NCBI GenBank assembly: GCA_900316615.1
Contig: ONDU01000009.1
Span: 2,408 to 66,407 of the forward strand
From: an uncultured Eubacteriales bacterium
GTDB lineage: Bacteria; Bacillota; Clostridia; Oscillospirales; Acutalibacteraceae
Direction: 5' to 3'
Length of the DNA stretch: 64,000 nucleotides
Every line of letters begins with the position of its first letter. Positions within the stretch are counted from its first letter, which is position 1. The translations under genes were made by a program, and so were the position numbers. Of the stretch, positions 18,456-27,057 are shown one piece after another. The notes beneath the pieces are model-generated. The model was not told where the DNA came from, did not search any database, and saw only the letters and a list, made by a program, of their open reading frames with translations.

Positions 18456-19439
18456 ATGGATAAAAATGAGGTGACTATAAGTATAATAATACCTATTTAC
18501 AATGTAGGAGAATATCTGCACAGATGCCTGTCCTCTGTTGCCTGTCAGACCTTCAAGGACTACGAGGTAATAATGGTCAATGACGGCTCTACCGATAAAA
18601 GCTGCGAAATTGCAGAGAGCTTCACAAAACACTTTGTGAACTTCAGACTGGTGCATAATACTCAGAAGGGAGTATCCTACGCCAGAAATCTCGGTGTTTC
18701 ACTTGCAAGAGGTGAGTATATAGCATTTGTGGACAGCGATGACTATATTGACCCGAACTATCTGCTTCGCCTGTACAGTGCCGCAAAGGAATATGATGCA
18801 GACGTTGCTCACTGCAACTACGTTCTCTACAATATAGATTCGGGCTTTCTTCATTCCGTAAGAGTAAGAAAGCCACGCAAGGGAATTATGACAAATATCG
18901 GAATGGTTCGCAGGACAATCTCAGACTTCTTTATGCGGTCTTACCTCTGGAATAAGCTTTGGAAGCGTTCTCTGTTCACGGACAACAATATAATCTTCCC
19001 CGATATGAAATTTGAGGATATTGCTACAGTTTCAAAGCTTCTCTATTTCGCAAACAAGGGTATAATCATCGACCAATATCTTTATTATTATACAATCCGT
19101 GACGGAAGCATTGTCCAGACCGTTTCGCTTCAGAATATAAGCGACTACATTCTTTCATTCGGAATGCTCAGACGCTTTTTTACCGACAGGAATGAGCTTA
19201 CAAATGTAACCTTTCCTTTTATACGACTTGCTCAGACTATGGTGTGTGTAAATATCGTAAACCTTTTCAGATTTCATTTCAGACGCAGAAATTTCAAGGG
19301 GTATCTCAGGAACGTAAACGCAGCTACAAGAAACATACTTTATTTTTACACAAAGAGATTTAAAAAAGCCTCAAATCAGGAGGTAAAACTTCCGTATAAA
19401 TTCATTGAGCCTGAGGACAGAAGCAAAAAACGAAAATGA
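18456..19439 (+). CDS. GT2-family glycosyltransferase
   Basis: ISIIIPIYNVGEYL...VNDGSTD...VDSDD matches GT2. The start is set at the second ATG. Confidence 0.85.
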   Translation: MDKNEVTISIIIPIYNVGEYLHRCLSSVACQTFKDYEVIMVNDGSTDKSCEIAESFTKHFVNFRLVHNTQKGVSYARNLGVSLARGEYIAFVDSDDYIDPNYLLRLYSAAKEYDADVAHCNYVLYNIDSGFLHSVRVRKPRKGIMTNIGMVRRTISDFFMRSYLWNKLWKRSLFTDNNIIFPDMKFEDIATVSKLLYFANKGIIIDQYLYYYTIRDGSIVQTVSLQNISDYILSFGMLRRFFTDRNELTNVTFPFIRLAQTMVCVNIVNLFRFHFRRRNFKGYLRNVNAATRNILYFYTKRFKKASNQEVKLPYKFIEPEDRSKKRK

Positions 19440-19472
19440 GCTGATGTTTCAAGATATTTTTGGGCAGATATT

Positions 19473-19508
19473 TGCCCCGATACCTTTTTATGGTATCGGG
19501 GCATTTTT
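19473..19508. terminator. Bidirectional terminator
   Basis: The gccccgatacc / ggtatcggggc stem is flanked by A and T runs. Confidence 0.7.
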
Positions 19509-19537
19509 CATAGCTTTCATTAAAAAATTTGTTTTTC

Positions 19538-21361
19538 TTACCACTTATCGGCTATGCAGACTTCTACACCCATAGAATTTTTAGCTTTCTGCTCTGTAAT
19601 CCAGTAACCGTTTGCGGTATAATCCCAAACAATGTCCTGCGTCTGCGGTGAACCACTTGCTGTAGTAAATATTACCATATCGAACTTTGTGTTCAGTTCT
19701 GCCTTATAAACAGTCTGTCCGTAAGAATTGGTTGACTGATATGACATAACTGCACCGGGCCACTGTGCATTTGTTTCGCCTGTTTCGCTGTTCCAAGCAT
19801 AGACATACACATTACCCCAGTTTTTATTGTCCGTAAACTTTATTGTACAAACTGACGGCTGTATCGGTGTTTCATTCTTTTCCGGCAGATACTGAGGTTC
19901 TTCCGCTGACGGCAGACTTATCGGTTCGCCGATTTCATAATCAAGGTTTTCATGAAGTAAAAATCTCTGAAGCAGAACCGCATCTTTAACAGAAACTTTT
20001 CCGTCACCGTTTATGTCACCGAGCATATTTTCATACGGAGTTGCGGTTACAAGTCCTACATTCGACTTCAAAATACGCACAACGTCCTTGAGCGTAACCG
20101 ATTTGTCCTTGTTGAAGTCTCCGAGCAGTTTGCTTAAAGGCTCGCAGTGAGCGTTGCCATCTTTAACGTCGAACTCATAGTTGTACTGACACACCCGGTC
20201 GAAAACATCTCTGAACTTTGCCTGAAGCATATATTTTCCGTTTGCAAGACTGCCGAGAGCAACCGTTTTCTTTTCGGGTCTTGTACTTGTGTATGATTTT
20301 ACGCTCATATCCTTTTCGTCTATAACGTCTATGTCAAATGAGAGCATAGGAGAGCTTTGCTCATTGAGAGTCCACTCAAGAGTATTATTCTTTATCTGCA
20401 TACGGTTTACAGCAAAGCTTCCGAAGCCAGGCATATCCGGCTGAGTAATGGAATACGGTATTACTCTCTGGCTGTTTTCGTCATATTCTTCCTGATTTTC
20501 CACAGGTTCTCCCGCACTTCCGAAGAAACATTCACTGTTGAAATTTATTTCATGACTTCCCTTTTTGTTGTCCTGAAAATAGCTGTATGACATAGTTCCC
20601 TTATTGAGAGAAATCCATTGGTCTGTATTTTTGTCGCATGTATACACATTCTTCATATATATGTCACGCTTTAACTCGGAATACTGAGCACCAAAGTTTT
20701 CCATAAACTGTGACATAGAACCTTTTATACAGGTTTCTTTCATAGTAGTATCGAAGTAGCAGGTCAAATCCCACTTGCCTGTTTCCACATCTCTTACCCA
20801 CTGTCCTATAAACGTTCTTCCTGTTGATTTATCCTTCCAGCAATGAACCAAATATGTATACCACTTGCTCGGCTGCCAGTTGTAATCCATAGCGTAGTTA
20901 TGTCCGTTGCCCTCGTTGCCGAAGCTGTGTTCATCTCCCTCAGGATAAACTCTTGTCGGAGTAGATATTACGCTGCTTTCATCACTTCCGTTTATTATAT
21001 CCCAAAATGAAAAAAGAGTATTCTTTCTTTCGGAACCGCTCTGGAAGCCGCCGTAGAAGCTGCCGCCTGAAGCATTCGGATACGTTTGTTTTATTTCTGA
21101 TATATCAAGCCCTGCAAAACACATCTGCCAGTATGTAGCATGTGCCTGCTCATTGGTTTTAAAATCTATCATAAAGCTTGAAAAGCTTCCGCTTGTTTCC
21201 GTCAACTTAGGGTCGGAATATATATTGTGTGCAAACAACGTCTTTCCCGATGGCTGAGCCTCAGATACAGCAGCCTGTGCCGGCGATACCGCAACTGCCG
21301 ACAGCATAGCCGCACTCAGCATTACTGCTGCGGCTCTTTTGTAAATCTTCTTAAATCTCAT
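19538..21361 (-). CDS. secreted dockerin-containing protein: DUF3472-like N-domain, internal type-I dockerin, C-terminal CBM25/26-like starch-binding module
   Basis: The signal peptide is MRFKKIYKRAAAVMLSAAMLSAVAVSPAQA. Dockerin repeats are GDFNKDKSVTLKDVV and GDINGDGKVSVKDAVLLQRFLL. The C-terminus NWGNVYVYAWN...WPGAVM...VIFT resembles a starch-binding CBM. The start is set at the internal ATG 21359-21361, behind a GGAG RBS. Confidence 0.8.
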   Translation of the reverse strand: MRFKKIYKRAAAVMLSAAMLSAVAVSPAQAAVSEAQPSGKTLFAHNIYSDPKLTETSGSFSSFMIDFKTNEQAHATYWQMCFAGLDISEIKQTYPNASGGSFYGGFQSGSERKNTLFSFWDIINGSDESSVISTPTRVYPEGDEHSFGNEGNGHNYAMDYNWQPSKWYTYLVHCWKDKSTGRTFIGQWVRDVETGKWDLTCYFDTTMKETCIKGSMSQFMENFGAQYSELKRDIYMKNVYTCDKNTDQWISLNKGTMSYSYFQDNKKGSHEINFNSECFFGSAGEPVENQEEYDENSQRVIPYSITQPDMPGFGSFAVNRMQIKNNTLEWTLNEQSSPMLSFDIDVIDEKDMSVKSYTSTRPEKKTVALGSLANGKYMLQAKFRDVFDRVCQYNYEFDVKDGNAHCEPLSKLLGDFNKDKSVTLKDVVRILKSNVGLVTATPYENMLGDINGDGKVSVKDAVLLQRFLLHENLDYEIGEPISLPSAEEPQYLPEKNETPIQPSVCTIKFTDNKNWGNVYVYAWNSETGETNAQWPGAVMSYQSTNSYGQTVYKAELNTKFDMVIFTTASGSPQTQDIVWDYTANGYWITEQKAKNSMGVEVCIADKW

Positions 21362-21695
21362 AAATCTCGCTCCGTTATTATATAAAAACTTATGACAACA
21401 GTACATTTGCCTGAATTTTAATTTTTTCATAATAATATACTGTTTTTTCCCTTTTTATTCCGAACAGTAAAATATACACCAAATCAGTATAATTATAGTT
21501 AAATTAATAAATATTGTCAATATTTATTAATAATATAAAGAAATATTAGCATCTTCTACACTGTGCAACATAAAATTTTTATATTTTATGTTGAATATTA
21601 CATTTGTTATTGTTATAATTTGATTAAAATAAAAGAGGGTAAAGCTTCAAGGTCTTATTTTACAAAGCATTGTCTGCTGAAAGGAGATAAAAAAT

Positions 21696-22478
21696 ATGGC
21701 GTTAAGTAAGGAACAATCGGAAAGGTATGCAAGACAGCTTATTTTAAGCGAAATAGGTACTGACGGTCAGAAAAAACTCATGAAAGCAAAGGTTCTCATT
21801 ATCGGTGCGGGCGGACTTGGCTCTCCTGCCGCTATGTATCTTACTGCCGCAGGAGTTGGTACAATAGGAATAGCTGATGCAGACAAGGTAGATTTATCAA
21901 ATCTTCAGCGTCAGATTATACACTCAACCTCCGACCTCGGAAAAGAAAAGGTTGTTTCCGCTAAGGAAACAATGGAAAACATCAATCCCGATGTATGCGT
22001 AAAAGCTTATAATATACGTATAACCTCCGATAACATAGACGAAATTATAAAGGGTTATGATTTTATAATAGACGCTACCGATAACTTCGCCTCAAAATTT
22101 TTAATCAACGATGCTTGTGTACGCTGTCGGAAGCCATTTGTCCATGCAGGCGTTACGGGCTTTCGTGGACAGGTTATGACATATGTTCCCGATACGGGAG
22201 CGGCATGCTACAGGTGTGTATTTAAAAATCCCCCCGCTGAGGGAAGTGTTCCTACGGGCAGACGGCTTGGAGTTGTCGGTGCGGCTGTCGGCACTATAGG
22301 AAGTATTGAAGCGGCAGAAGCTATAAAATATATTTTAGGCACGGGAGAGCTTCTTACAGGCTGTCTGCTGACATATGACGCACTGAAAATGGAATTTAGA
22401 AAAATAAAGCTTCCTGATAAAACTCACGATTGTCCTGTATGCGGCTCGGCTTCAAAAAACAGTGATTTATCACAGTAA
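21696..22478 (+). CDS. ThiF/MoeB/HesA-family adenylyltransferase (orphan)
   Basis: YARQL...IIGAGGLGSP Rossmann motif and CxxC...CxxC zinc cysteines are present. Confidence 0.85.
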   Translation: MALSKEQSERYARQLILSEIGTDGQKKLMKAKVLIIGAGGLGSPAAMYLTAAGVGTIGIADADKVDLSNLQRQIIHSTSDLGKEKVVSAKETMENINPDVCVKAYNIRITSDNIDEIIKGYDFIIDATDNFASKFLINDACVRCRKPFVHAGVTGFRGQVMTYVPDTGAACYRCVFKNPPAEGSVPTGRRLGVVGAAVGTIGSIEAAEAIKYILGTGELLTGCLLTYDALKMEFRKIKLPDKTHDCPVCGSASKNSDLSQ

Positions 22479-22555
22479 ACTGTAAAAATTTTTACAATAA
22501 ATAAGAGTATTATGCTTTAATTTCCCAAAATTTTCAAATAATTTTTAAAAAGCTA

Positions 22556-22584
22556 TTGATAAATTTAATTTTGTAAAATATAAT
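22556..22584 (+). promoter_or_regulatory. Consensus sigma-A promoter TTGATA-17-TATAAT
   Basis: ttgata is at 22556-22561, the spacer is 17 nt and tataat is at 22579-22584. Confidence 0.6.
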
Positions 22585-22590
22585 TAAGTC

Positions 22591-22719
22591 ATATTATATA
22601 ATCAGTTTTTATATTATCATATAAGACTTTGTATAAGTATATATAATGCCCACACCACTTATTCTTTATATTATACCTCTTTTCTGTTAAGACCCCTGAA
22701 GTAAATTCCGGGGTCTTTT
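22591..22719 (+). ncRNA. Candidate small RNA (promoter-to-terminator unit, ~130 nt, AT-rich)
   Basis: The unit is bounded by the promoter above and the terminator at 22689-22719. The only ORF is a 14-codon ATG ORF (MPTPLILYIIPLFC) with no SD. Confidence 0.3.
22689..22719 (+). terminator. Intrinsic terminator
   Basis: The structure is aagacccc-tgaagtaaattcc-ggggtctttt. Confidence 0.65.
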
Positions 22720-22934
22720 CAACATATTTTTCATAAAATTATCATACAAATGTATAATCAGAAGAAATATAAAAATAATATATATATCATAAAATTATCT
22801 TACATCATTCAAAGTTTACGTATTATTCATAAAAAATATGCTTTTACGCTATATATGAAAGTTATACTTCAATAGTAGGATATGGTATATATGCACCGTT
22901 TTACGGTGTCAGAAAATTTGGGAGGGTATTTGAT

Positions 22935-23102
22935 ATGAAAAAGAGCAGTATAAGCAAAAATACATCAAACGGATTAGGAAATTCCTCGGAGTTTCTCAGT
23001 ATGGAGGAGCGTACAAGAGTTTTTAACGATGACCTTGAGTATGAGGATTTCGACGATATCTACGACTATGAAGATATTCGTAAATACGATATTAATTCAT
23101 AA
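22935..23102 (+). CDS. small acidic protein, 55 aa (not in ORF track)
   Basis: An RBS gggaggg lies 7 nt upstream of the ATG. The translation is MKKSSISKNTSNGLGNSSEFLSMEERTRVFNDDLEYEDFDDIYDYEDIRKYDINS. A terminator follows at 23139. Confidence 0.45.
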   Translation: MKKSSISKNTSNGLGNSSEFLSMEERTRVFNDDLEYEDFDDIYDYEDIRKYDINS

Positions 23103-23138
23103 TTTATCGTCACAGTCAGCCTGTTAAAAACACGTCAG

Positions 23139-23173
23139 CGGAGTACATTCAACAGTGTACTCCGTTTATTTTT
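23139..23173 (+). terminator. Intrinsic terminator
   Basis: The structure is cggagtaca-ttcaaca-gtgtactccg followed by tttattttt. Confidence 0.7.
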
Positions 23174-23285
23174 GTATTAATGAAAAATTAACAGAAAGCG
23201 TATAATAAAATTTATTGTTAAAAACCTATTTATATGATATAATCTCATTGGTTATAGTTAGGGTTACAAGATGGGAGGTTATGAC

Positions 23286-24671
23286 TTGAAAAAAGCTGTA
23301 ATGAAATATATAAAAAAAGCAGCCGCAGTTATTATTATGGTATTGCTGTGCATCAACAACGCAGGCTGCGAAGGTTTAACCGAACAGTTTAAAAATATGG
23401 GTTTATCACCTTCTTCCAAAGCTGCTGAATCTGCAACTCAGGAGGTCACCGTACCGCAGCCGAGGCTTCCGGGAAGCTATGAGGTAAAGGATATAAAATA
23501 CGGTTTTTATTCTCTGAAAACCGACTTTCAGAAAAACCTCTATAAAAAATTCATAGAGGTTATGAACTCCATAGACGATATTCCCGATGATGATGGTTTT
23601 TTCCCTCTGAAAAAAATAGAAATGAATGACAATCAGCTTACCGAGGGCGGAATAAGGATTGTAATAGAAGCTTTCAGTTGTGATCACCCCGAAGTTTTCT
23701 GGCTTTCAAACACATTCGGCTATTACACGGATAAAAATATTACCATGGTACACTTGTATTCAAATTTCAGCAAGCGTCAGGTAGTAGAAATGAAAAAAGA
23801 GCTTAATGCCGCTGTGGAAAGCTTTATTAATGAAGTTCCTTCAGGTATGGGGGAATATGAAAGAGAAAAGTTCGTTCACGACAAAATCATAAACGACTGT
23901 GATTATGCCGATAACATTAAAAGCTCACGGGAAAACCCCACCGCATTTTCTATATACGGTGCTCTTGTTGAACATTCGGCTGTATGCGAGGGCTACACAA
24001 AGGCAACTCAGTACATTTTGAAAATGGTCGGAATACAGAGCATTTCCGTAAACGGCTACAGTAAAAGTGAGCTTCACCAGTGGTGCATTGTAAATATAAA
24101 CAGGCAGTGGTATCATCTTGACACCACATGGGACGAGAAACAGGTCAGCGAGGAAGACGAACGTGATAAAACGGACGACAATATTCTTTATTTTTACTTC
24201 AATACTACAGACTCATATATTGAAGCTGATCACAAAATTGCAAAGCCCTATACTGCATTGACGGAAGAACAGCTCTGCGGACAGGACATACAGAAAACAA
24301 AGGTTTTCAATATGCCTCTGCCTACCTGCACGAGCGAAAAGGATACGTTCTACAACAGAGAGGGTGCGTACCTGAGCGACTTTTACGATGAAGACGAATA
24401 CAACAACATTATCAATAAAATGTATATAATAGCTCAGAACAGAACCGGAGCATTCTATCTGAAAATTGCCGACAGTCTTAATTTCAACACAACCATAGAC
24501 CAGTTATTTTATGTTCCTCCGTATTACTTTTTTGAATACACTACGGATATAAACATAAAGCTTCAGAAGCAGTACGGCAAGAAATACCGCATAAGCGACA
24601 GAATAACTATGTCTACTCTTGAGGAACAGAAGATAATAAAAATCGAGCTTTCCTATGAAAAATGGGGCTGA
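23286..24671 (+). CDS. transglutaminase-like (cysteine-protease fold) lipoprotein
   Basis: The lipobox is INNAGC. The catalytic-type motif AVCEGYTKA...HQWCIV...WYHLDTTWD is present. A TTG start 7 nt after GGGAGG is preferred; the track ATG is at 23271. Confidence 0.7.
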   Translation: MKKAVMKYIKKAAAVIIMVLLCINNAGCEGLTEQFKNMGLSPSSKAAESATQEVTVPQPRLPGSYEVKDIKYGFYSLKTDFQKNLYKKFIEVMNSIDDIPDDDGFFPLKKIEMNDNQLTEGGIRIVIEAFSCDHPEVFWLSNTFGYYTDKNITMVHLYSNFSKRQVVEMKKELNAAVESFINEVPSGMGEYEREKFVHDKIINDCDYADNIKSSRENPTAFSIYGALVEHSAVCEGYTKATQYILKMVGIQSISVNGYSKSELHQWCIVNINRQWYHLDTTWDEKQVSEEDERDKTDDNILYFYFNTTDSYIEADHKIAKPYTALTEEQLCGQDIQKTKVFNMPLPTCTSEKDTFYNREGAYLSDFYDEDEYNNIINKMYIIAQNRTGAFYLKIADSLNFNTTIDQLFYVPPYYFFEYTTDINIKLQKQYGKKYRISDRITMSTLEEQKIIKIELSYEKWG

Positions 24672-24703
24672 GATTAATTCAACAATCTGAACTGAGATAA
24701 CAT

Positions 24704-24809
24704 AAAGTTTAGGTCAAGCCTTTTCAAAGGCTTGCGGGTCAAGGGCAGAGCCCTTGCGGTTTCCAAAGGCAGAGCCTTTGGTAGGATTTTTAAGGGCAGA
24801 GCCCTTAAA
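24704..24809. repeat. Family-B stacked-hairpin repeat, copy B3 (forward)
   Basis: It has five hairpin modules and ends 3 nt before the pyrB RBS. Confidence 0.9.
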
Positions 24810-24831
24810 CTAAAGGAAAGGGTGTTTGTTA

Positions 24832-25899
24832 ATGTTAAATCATATTATAGACCTTGAATTGCTTTCATTCTCCGATTTACAGGAGATTATTCAGCTTGCA
24901 GGAAAAATTATGAGAAATCCTGAAAAATACAGCGAAGCCTGTAAGGGAAAAATACTTGCAACTCTTTTTTATGAACCGAGTACAAGAACACAAATGAGCT
25001 TTCAGACAGCTATGCTGCGTCTGGGCGGTTCTGTCATAGGCTTTGATGACCCTATGAATTCATCTGTTGCAAAGGGCGAAAGCCTTAAGGATACTATAAA
25101 GATTATGAGCGGCTATGCCGATATTATAGCTATGCGTCACCCGCTTGAGGGAAGTGCAAGGGGTGCGTCACTGTACAGTGATGTTCCCGTTATAAACGCA
25201 GGTGACGGAGGACACCTCCACCCTACCCAGACGCTTACGGACGTTGTTACTCTGCACAATGAAAAGGGCAGGCTTAATCATCTTAACATAGGTCTTTGCG
25301 GAGATTTGAAAAACGGAAGAACGGTACATTCTCTTATAAAAACGATGTCGCATTTTGAGGGCAATAAATTCATACTTATTTCCACGCCTGAGCTTGGAGT
25401 ACCTAAATACATAAAGGATATTATGGACGAGCAGGGCTGCGAATATGAGGAAATTCCTACGCTTCAGGAGGCTATGCCGCTTCTTGACGTGCTTTATATG
25501 ACGAGGATACAGAGGGAACGCTTTGCAAGTGAGGAGGAATATCTTGCTCAGAAAGGGGTATTTGTTCTTGACGCAAGGAAGCTTTCGCTGGGCAGGGAAA
25601 ATCTCAAGGTACTGCACCCTCTGCCCCGTGTTGATGAAATCGAGGTTGAGGTTGACGATGACCCGAGGTGCGTATACTTCAAGCAGGCTGTATACGGAAT
25701 GTACGCAAGAATGGCACTGATACTTCTCACGCTTGAGGGTGCAAGGTATTCATACGCAAAGGGCAAGGTAATCATTGACGAAACAGGCTGTCCCAATCCT
25801 AAATGTATCACGCATACGGAAAGCTATATGCCGAAGGAATTCAGAAAAAAGGGTAATGCTCTTGTATGTGAGTACTGCGACGCTCAGAAAGAATTATAG
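24832..25899 (+). CDS. pyrB: aspartate carbamoyltransferase catalytic chain fused to a PyrI-type zinc domain
   Basis: STRTQ, the HPxQ-like HPTQ and HPLPRV motifs are present. The C-terminal 45 aa, GCPNPKCITH...CEYC, match the PyrI Zn domain. Confidence 0.9.
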   Translation: MLNHIIDLELLSFSDLQEIIQLAGKIMRNPEKYSEACKGKILATLFYEPSTRTQMSFQTAMLRLGGSVIGFDDPMNSSVAKGESLKDTIKIMSGYADIIAMRHPLEGSARGASLYSDVPVINAGDGGHLHPTQTLTDVVTLHNEKGRLNHLNIGLCGDLKNGRTVHSLIKTMSHFEGNKFILISTPELGVPKYIKDIMDEQGCEYEEIPTLQEAMPLLDVLYMTRIQRERFASEEEYLAQKGVFVLDARKLSLGRENLKVLHPLPRVDEIEVEVDDDPRCVYFKQAVYGMYARMALILLTLEGARYSYAKGKVIIDETGCPNPKCITHTESYMPKEFRKKGNALVCEYCDAQKEL

Positions 25900-25900
25900 T

Positions 25901-26074
25901 TTAAGGGTTTCACCCTTAACAATCCTGACCAAAGGCTCTGCCTTTGGAAACCGCAAGGGCTTCTGCCCTTGACCCGCAAGGGCTCTGCCCTTGACCCGCC
26001 AAGGCTCCGCCTTTGGAAACCGCAAGGGCTCTGCCCTTGACCCGCAAGCCTTTGAAAAGGCTTGACCTAAACTT
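25901..26074. repeat. Family-B stacked-hairpin repeat, expanded copy B4 (inverted, ~174 bp)
   Basis: It starts 2 nt after the pyrB stop. The aaccgcaagggctctgcccttgacccg module is internally reiterated. Confidence 0.9.
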
Positions 26075-26090
26075 CAAGGCTTATGTAACA

Positions 26091-26136
26091 CAAAATAACA
26101 GCTGTAAACAGAATTTCTGCTTACAGCTGCTTTTTA
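26091..26136. terminator. Bidirectional terminator between pyrB and the pilus operon
   Basis: The cagctgtaa / ttacagctg stem has aaaataa upstream and cttttt downstream. Confidence 0.6.
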
Positions 26137-26156
26137 GTTGTACGTATCAATTAAAA

Positions 26157-27041
26157 TCAGATAGCCACTCTGGGAGTAGTTCTTATAAATATGAAATTCT
26201 TGAAAGAACCGTCGTTTGAACCCGAGGAATCTGTAATACCTTCGCTTATCCTGAGCGTTGTGGTAGATGTTGAATAACCGCTTCCGTACATATTGTTAAG
26301 TATAGTACCTGACATTATAGAGTAGTCACCGGTAGTTGTGTTATTATGGATAGCTTCTATAAAACCTGCATCGGTAGTAACACTGCCGTCCATAGGCATT
26401 ATTGTATTTGCATTGCCTCCCTTTACGAAACGAAATTCCTCGTTTGAGGGGGAAGTAAATACATAGTCAAGCATATACTGCTTATCGGGGTTTGACGGTG
26501 AGCTTGTGCCGTTTATACTTCTGAACGAGAAGCTTGCCTCCTTGATATTATCAACAGTAAACACAGGTACAAAAAAGTTGGAAATTACTGTACCATCGGG
26601 CTTTGTATATGTTGTATAATACTTCGCAAGAGCATACTTGAACGTGCCGCATCTGTAGAGAACATAATCGTTATATTCATCTGCCGCAACGGTATCCGCA
26701 TCACAAAGCGGGTCAGCACCGCCGTTTCTGGCAGTTACATAATCCGCAAGTGCATTGGCAAAGCTCGGAAATGTACTTGTGGAGTTATCTACAAGCTGTA
26801 TGTCCACTGCATTTCTCAGATATTTGCTGAAGTTTTCCTGCATAAGAGATATGGAACGCTGAGATTCCGATATATTTCTTACGCACTGGTAGTCCTCCAT
26901 TGCGGTAATTACAACCTGAAGGGAAAGAACTGCTACTATAGCCAGTATAGCCAGTGTGGCGAGCATTTCAATCAACGTCGTACCACGCTTGCTTCTGAAT
27001 TTTTTACCTATTTTCTTTATATAGTCGGTTTTTAAATTCAC
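26157..27041 (-). CDS. minor pilin-like protein (prepilin-type N-terminus)
   Basis: KRG/TTLIEMLATLAILAIV matches the G-x-x-x-E class III signal. A GTG start behind AAGGAGGG is preferred over the track ATG 27086. Confidence 0.7.
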   Translation of the reverse strand: MNLKTDYIKKIGKKFRSKRGTTLIEMLATLAILAIVAVLSLQVVITAMEDYQCVRNISESQRSISLMQENFSKYLRNAVDIQLVDNSTSTFPSFANALADYVTARNGGADPLCDADTVAADEYNDYVLYRCGTFKYALAKYYTTYTKPDGTVISNFFVPVFTVDNIKEASFSFRSINGTSSPSNPDKQYMLDYVFTSPSNEEFRFVKGGNANTIMPMDGSVTTDAGFIEAIHNNTTTGDYSIMSGTILNNMYGSGYSTSTTTLRISEGITDSSGSNDGSFKNFIFIRTTPRVAI

Positions 27042-27057
27042 AGCTTTTATCCCTCCT

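Noticed and set aside
21431-21695. A TPP riboswitch upstream of the ThiF-like gene, and a cobalamin riboswitch upstream of cobO (54730-54843).
   Set aside because: There is no CUGAGA/ACCUGAUCUGGAUAAUGCCAGCG-type TPP core and no B12 box. Both regions are short, AT-rich promoter gaps.
21696-24671. ThiF-like E1, the small acidic ORF and the transglutaminase-like protease as a ubiquitin-like conjugation or defence module.
   Set aside because: The 55-aa protein has no beta-grasp-compatible length or pattern and no C-terminal Gly-Gly. The transglutaminase-like protein is a secreted lipoprotein. The genes are separated by promoters and terminators, and no E2 or JAB partner is present.
25901-26074. 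A CRISPR array, considered because of the reiterated ~27-bp units.
   Set aside because: The units are contiguous palindromic hairpins without unique spacers. No cas genes are present, and the same modules occur singly at six other loci.
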